Source of the DNA: Mobula hypostoma
Lineage: Eukaryota
NCBI RefSeq assembly: GCF_963921235.1
Contig: NC_086115.1
Location: 48,918,001-48,982,000, forward strand
Direction of reading: 5' to 3'
DNA length: 64,000 bases
Within the stretch, counting starts at the first letter, position 1. Each line of letters starts with the position of its first letter. Shown here piece by piece: positions 61,143 through 64,000 of this stretch. The position numbers were made by a program, and so were the translations under genes. The notes beneath the pieces were generated by a model. It did no database searches. It was given only the letters and a program-made list of their open reading frames with translations, and was not told where the DNA came from.

Positions 61143-62713
61143 ATTGTGCACAAGTGCAGTATGATACCGTACAATGAAAAATTTGCTTGTAAGCAGCATC
61201 ACAGGACGTCGTTGAGCACCCTGACTAGATACAATTCACATTTTTTCAGCTACTGTATGCCATATTCTGGGCATGACAACTCTCATGACCAAAACCTGGA
61301 TCCTATGAACCAAAGTATAATGCAGTGTACTGAGAAGCCTGAGTATATTTTATTTCTGGTGTTTTCCCCCAAACAGAGGCAGGGCAATGGTGAGCACAAA
61401 ACTTTACACTACAGGTGACCTAGGCTCATTTCTCGCCACTGCCTGTAAGTTATTTTCTCCCCACTGTCGCGTGGGTTTCCTCCGGGTGCCCTGTTTCCTC
61501 CCACAGTCCAAAGACGTGCCGATTGGTAGGTTAATTGGTCATTGTAAATTGTCCTGTGTTTAGGCTAGGGTTAAACTGGGAGGACTGCAGGCGCTCAAAG
61601 GATCGGAAGGGGCTATTCCGCGCTGTATCTCAATTAAAAAAATAAATAATGTATTGAATCATGGTTATTAAGATTAAATAAATGGAACATTATAGTTCCT
61701 TTGATTTTCAAGGTATATGATACAACTATTAGAAAAAACTGAAGCGCGTTAAAGAACATGAATCAAGATTACTAGCCAAAATCGTTCTCTGCTTTCTAAA
61801 ATCCAATACTAAACCAAGCTGACATTTTTTAAAGAGGTGCTACATCTCGGACCCATCAAATTACCATCTACAAATATAAAAGTGGTTGCTGCATTGGTCA
61901 AACACTAAATTGCGCGTCCCATCGGCATTTCCCAATTCTCTTCCGGCGATTTAGATTTTTTTTTGAATTAAATTGTCACCGTCTCCTTGGAAACAATGAA
62001 CCCTGAATGATGCTGCAGTCAAACAGGCCGATTTACAAAAGAATCTACACTTTTCCTCTCAGCTGAGCAAATTAACCAGCAAATTGGTGTCAACTTTGAA
62101 AATTTACAGTTTGCTTCTATCAGCATCCTGAAACCCCCGACAGCTTTGTTCAGCCCCGAGTGAATATTTACTGAAAAGTTCGCAAACTCCGTTCCTTCCG
62201 ATGTGCCGTTGTCCTTTTTAATCGAGGGGATGATTTTTGTTTTGAAAAGAAAGGCTATTTAAAATGCAAAACAAAGCCACAAAAGTTAACTAAGCTGGAA
62301 AACACGAAAATGCAATTGAATTAAAGTTCTCCAATTCGGCTCAACACTCTGATAACTCAAGTCAACGACAGGGGTCAAATTTACATTCCTTAAATATGTT
62401 GTTTACTAAAAACACAAGTGTAGAGGAGAAACTGACCTCATCTTGGTGACAAATCTCAGCATGTCACCCTTGCAAATGCAGAACAAAAAGGGCGCAACAG
62501 CTTGGTGTTTAATTTACAAAATAATATTCGAGTAAGTGTATCATTGATGGGCTAATAAATCACCAAGGACTGAAAAGATTCGTTGCCTTAAAGAAGTTAC
62601 TTAAGATTAAGAATTGTTTGAGGGTGGGTTGGGTCAAAGAGCTTGTAGTACATAAATTCAGGCTCCTCGCACGGTGGCCAGTGCAAGAGTAGACATTTGC
62701 GAGGCCATCAGCA

Positions 62714-62863
62714 ATGTGGTTGGCTTTGCAGCTGGGCTTGCTGTCGGTTTCCGCCATCGTCCGGACCAGCTGCGAGAAACCTTTCCACAACCGCGACCGC
62801 TCGGACATGGCGCCATCCTTGCAACGCTGGGCACCTCTCATCCTCGACCAGGTGGCCGCGGAG
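62714..62863 (+). CDS. MMP21: MMP21 exon 1 (signal peptide and start of propeptide); remainder lies beyond the window
   Basis: Encodes MWLALQLGLLSVSAIVRTSCEKPFHNRDRSDMAPSLQRWAPLILDQVAAE|gtaagt. FHxRDRSD matches the MMP21 N-terminus; MMP21 follows UROS on the same strand in human. TATA-like cataaa at ~62651. Confidence 0.85.
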
Positions 62864-63599
62864 GTAAGTGAGCACGCCCCTCAGTTTGTGTCGCCTTAGC
62901 TCAACTTAACGCACTGAAATCCTCTTCAGCGATTAATTTCTTCATTTCCTCCAACTGCCGAAGTGGAGGAGGTTGCAATTTTGGGCTTGGTGCTTTGATA
63001 AACAGCCCGTCAGTTAAACGTAGTCCTGTGGAATTTATCTACAGTTTGGACCTTTCAGAAATCCTTACGCATCCCCTAACAGTTTTTTAACACGTTAACA
63101 GTGTTTTTCTATTAATTTCAATTCCCTTCATCTGCTGAAGAACACAACTGGAAATCCTGAATCATAATTGTTGAAAATAAACGAAACGAAACTTATTCAC
63201 AAGCTCACAATCGTATTTAACAACTACAAATCGCAAAATGGAAGCAATCTCACTGAAAGATAACATAACCCAAAAGGAGAATTAATTACCATTTCTGTTG
63301 CAGTGCAGACGTCGTTACCTGTTAATTACTAATTGACAGTAATATCAGAAGCGAAATGATTTTTCCCCCTAATCACACAATAAGCTTTCTAAAGTTGATT
63401 GTATTGTACTCAAGTACAGAGGAGCCATTGATCAACAGCAGACCATACCTTAGATGTGGAAAAGGGTGGCTTTATTCAATGAATGAGCCATTTGGTTTAG
63501 CATCACAGGATGCTCACTCTATGCTGAGTTCAGGCTTCCCAACCAGACAACGGATTACTCAGGTTGTTTTTGTGGTGATATTGCCACATTTGCTGAGTC

Positions 63600-64000
63600 G
63601 TTATTGAAATGAGTTAACTGTATTACTTACATCCTTCATATATATGAGTAAAAATCTTTACGTTATGTCTCTGTCTAAGTGTGCAATGTGCAATTTATAG
63701 TAATTTATAACAAATAGTATGTACAACAGGTACCGGAGCTTGTTGGTCCTGGCTTTTATGCTGCTTTTATCCCGATGGTAGTGGCTGGATCAGTTTGTGG
63801 TTGGGGTCGCTCGGGTCCCCAGTGATCCTTCCGGCCCTTTTTACACACCTGTCTTTGTAAATGTCCTGAATAGTGAATCTACAAGTTCACATCTACAGAT
63901 GCGCTGGGCTGTCCGCACCACTTTCTGCAGAGTCCTGCGATTGACGGAAGTACAGTTCCCATACCAGACAGTGATGCAGCCAGTCAGGATGCTCTCAATT
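63600..64000 (-). mobile_element. Rex1/Babar-type LINE 3' portion (runs off the window)
   Basis: Minus strand encodes IESILTGCITVWYGNC...LQKVVRTAQRI. Confidence 0.75.

Noticed and set aside
62674-62871. 65-aa ORF MASARVDICE... and the antisense 93-aa ORF
   Set aside because: Alternative frames over MMP21 exon 1, with no recognisable homology.

Overview
This is vertebrate genomic DNA, most likely from a cartilaginous fish (shark or ray), judging from the abundant CR1 LINEs, HE1/V-SINE-like SINEs and Penelope remnants; the species cannot be determined from sequence. I hand-mapped four intron-containing genes in the order known from human 10q26. They are the 3' nine coding exons of DHX32 (+, 1232-30584), a complete BCCIP (-, 38243-30849, 7 exons, 295 aa, beta-type C-terminus), a complete UROS (+, 42143-57902, 9 coding exons, about 261 aa) and exon 1 of MMP21 (+, 62714-62863). 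BCCIP and UROS share a CpG-island promoter, and DHX32 and BCCIP end tail-to-tail with interlocking poly(A) signals. The introns hold many mobile elements: an intact full-length L1, a 3'-truncated L1 with a perfect target-site duplication (TSD), nested CR1s, a Helitron, hAT and Tc1 MITEs, SINEs and Penelope fragments. Most interesting: (1) an L1 inter-ORF module with a splice acceptor, an inverted copy of the element's own 5' end, a 77-codon ORF ending 11 nt before ORF2, and a G-quadruplex tract; (2) a family of ~200-bp TSD-flanked Penelope-derived hairpins carrying minimal hammerhead ribozyme cores, one of which duplicated a UROS splice donor; (3) a ~3.4-kb inverted L1 pair around a symmetric 246-nt DHX32 exon; (4) Pro in place of the conserved UROS Thr62.
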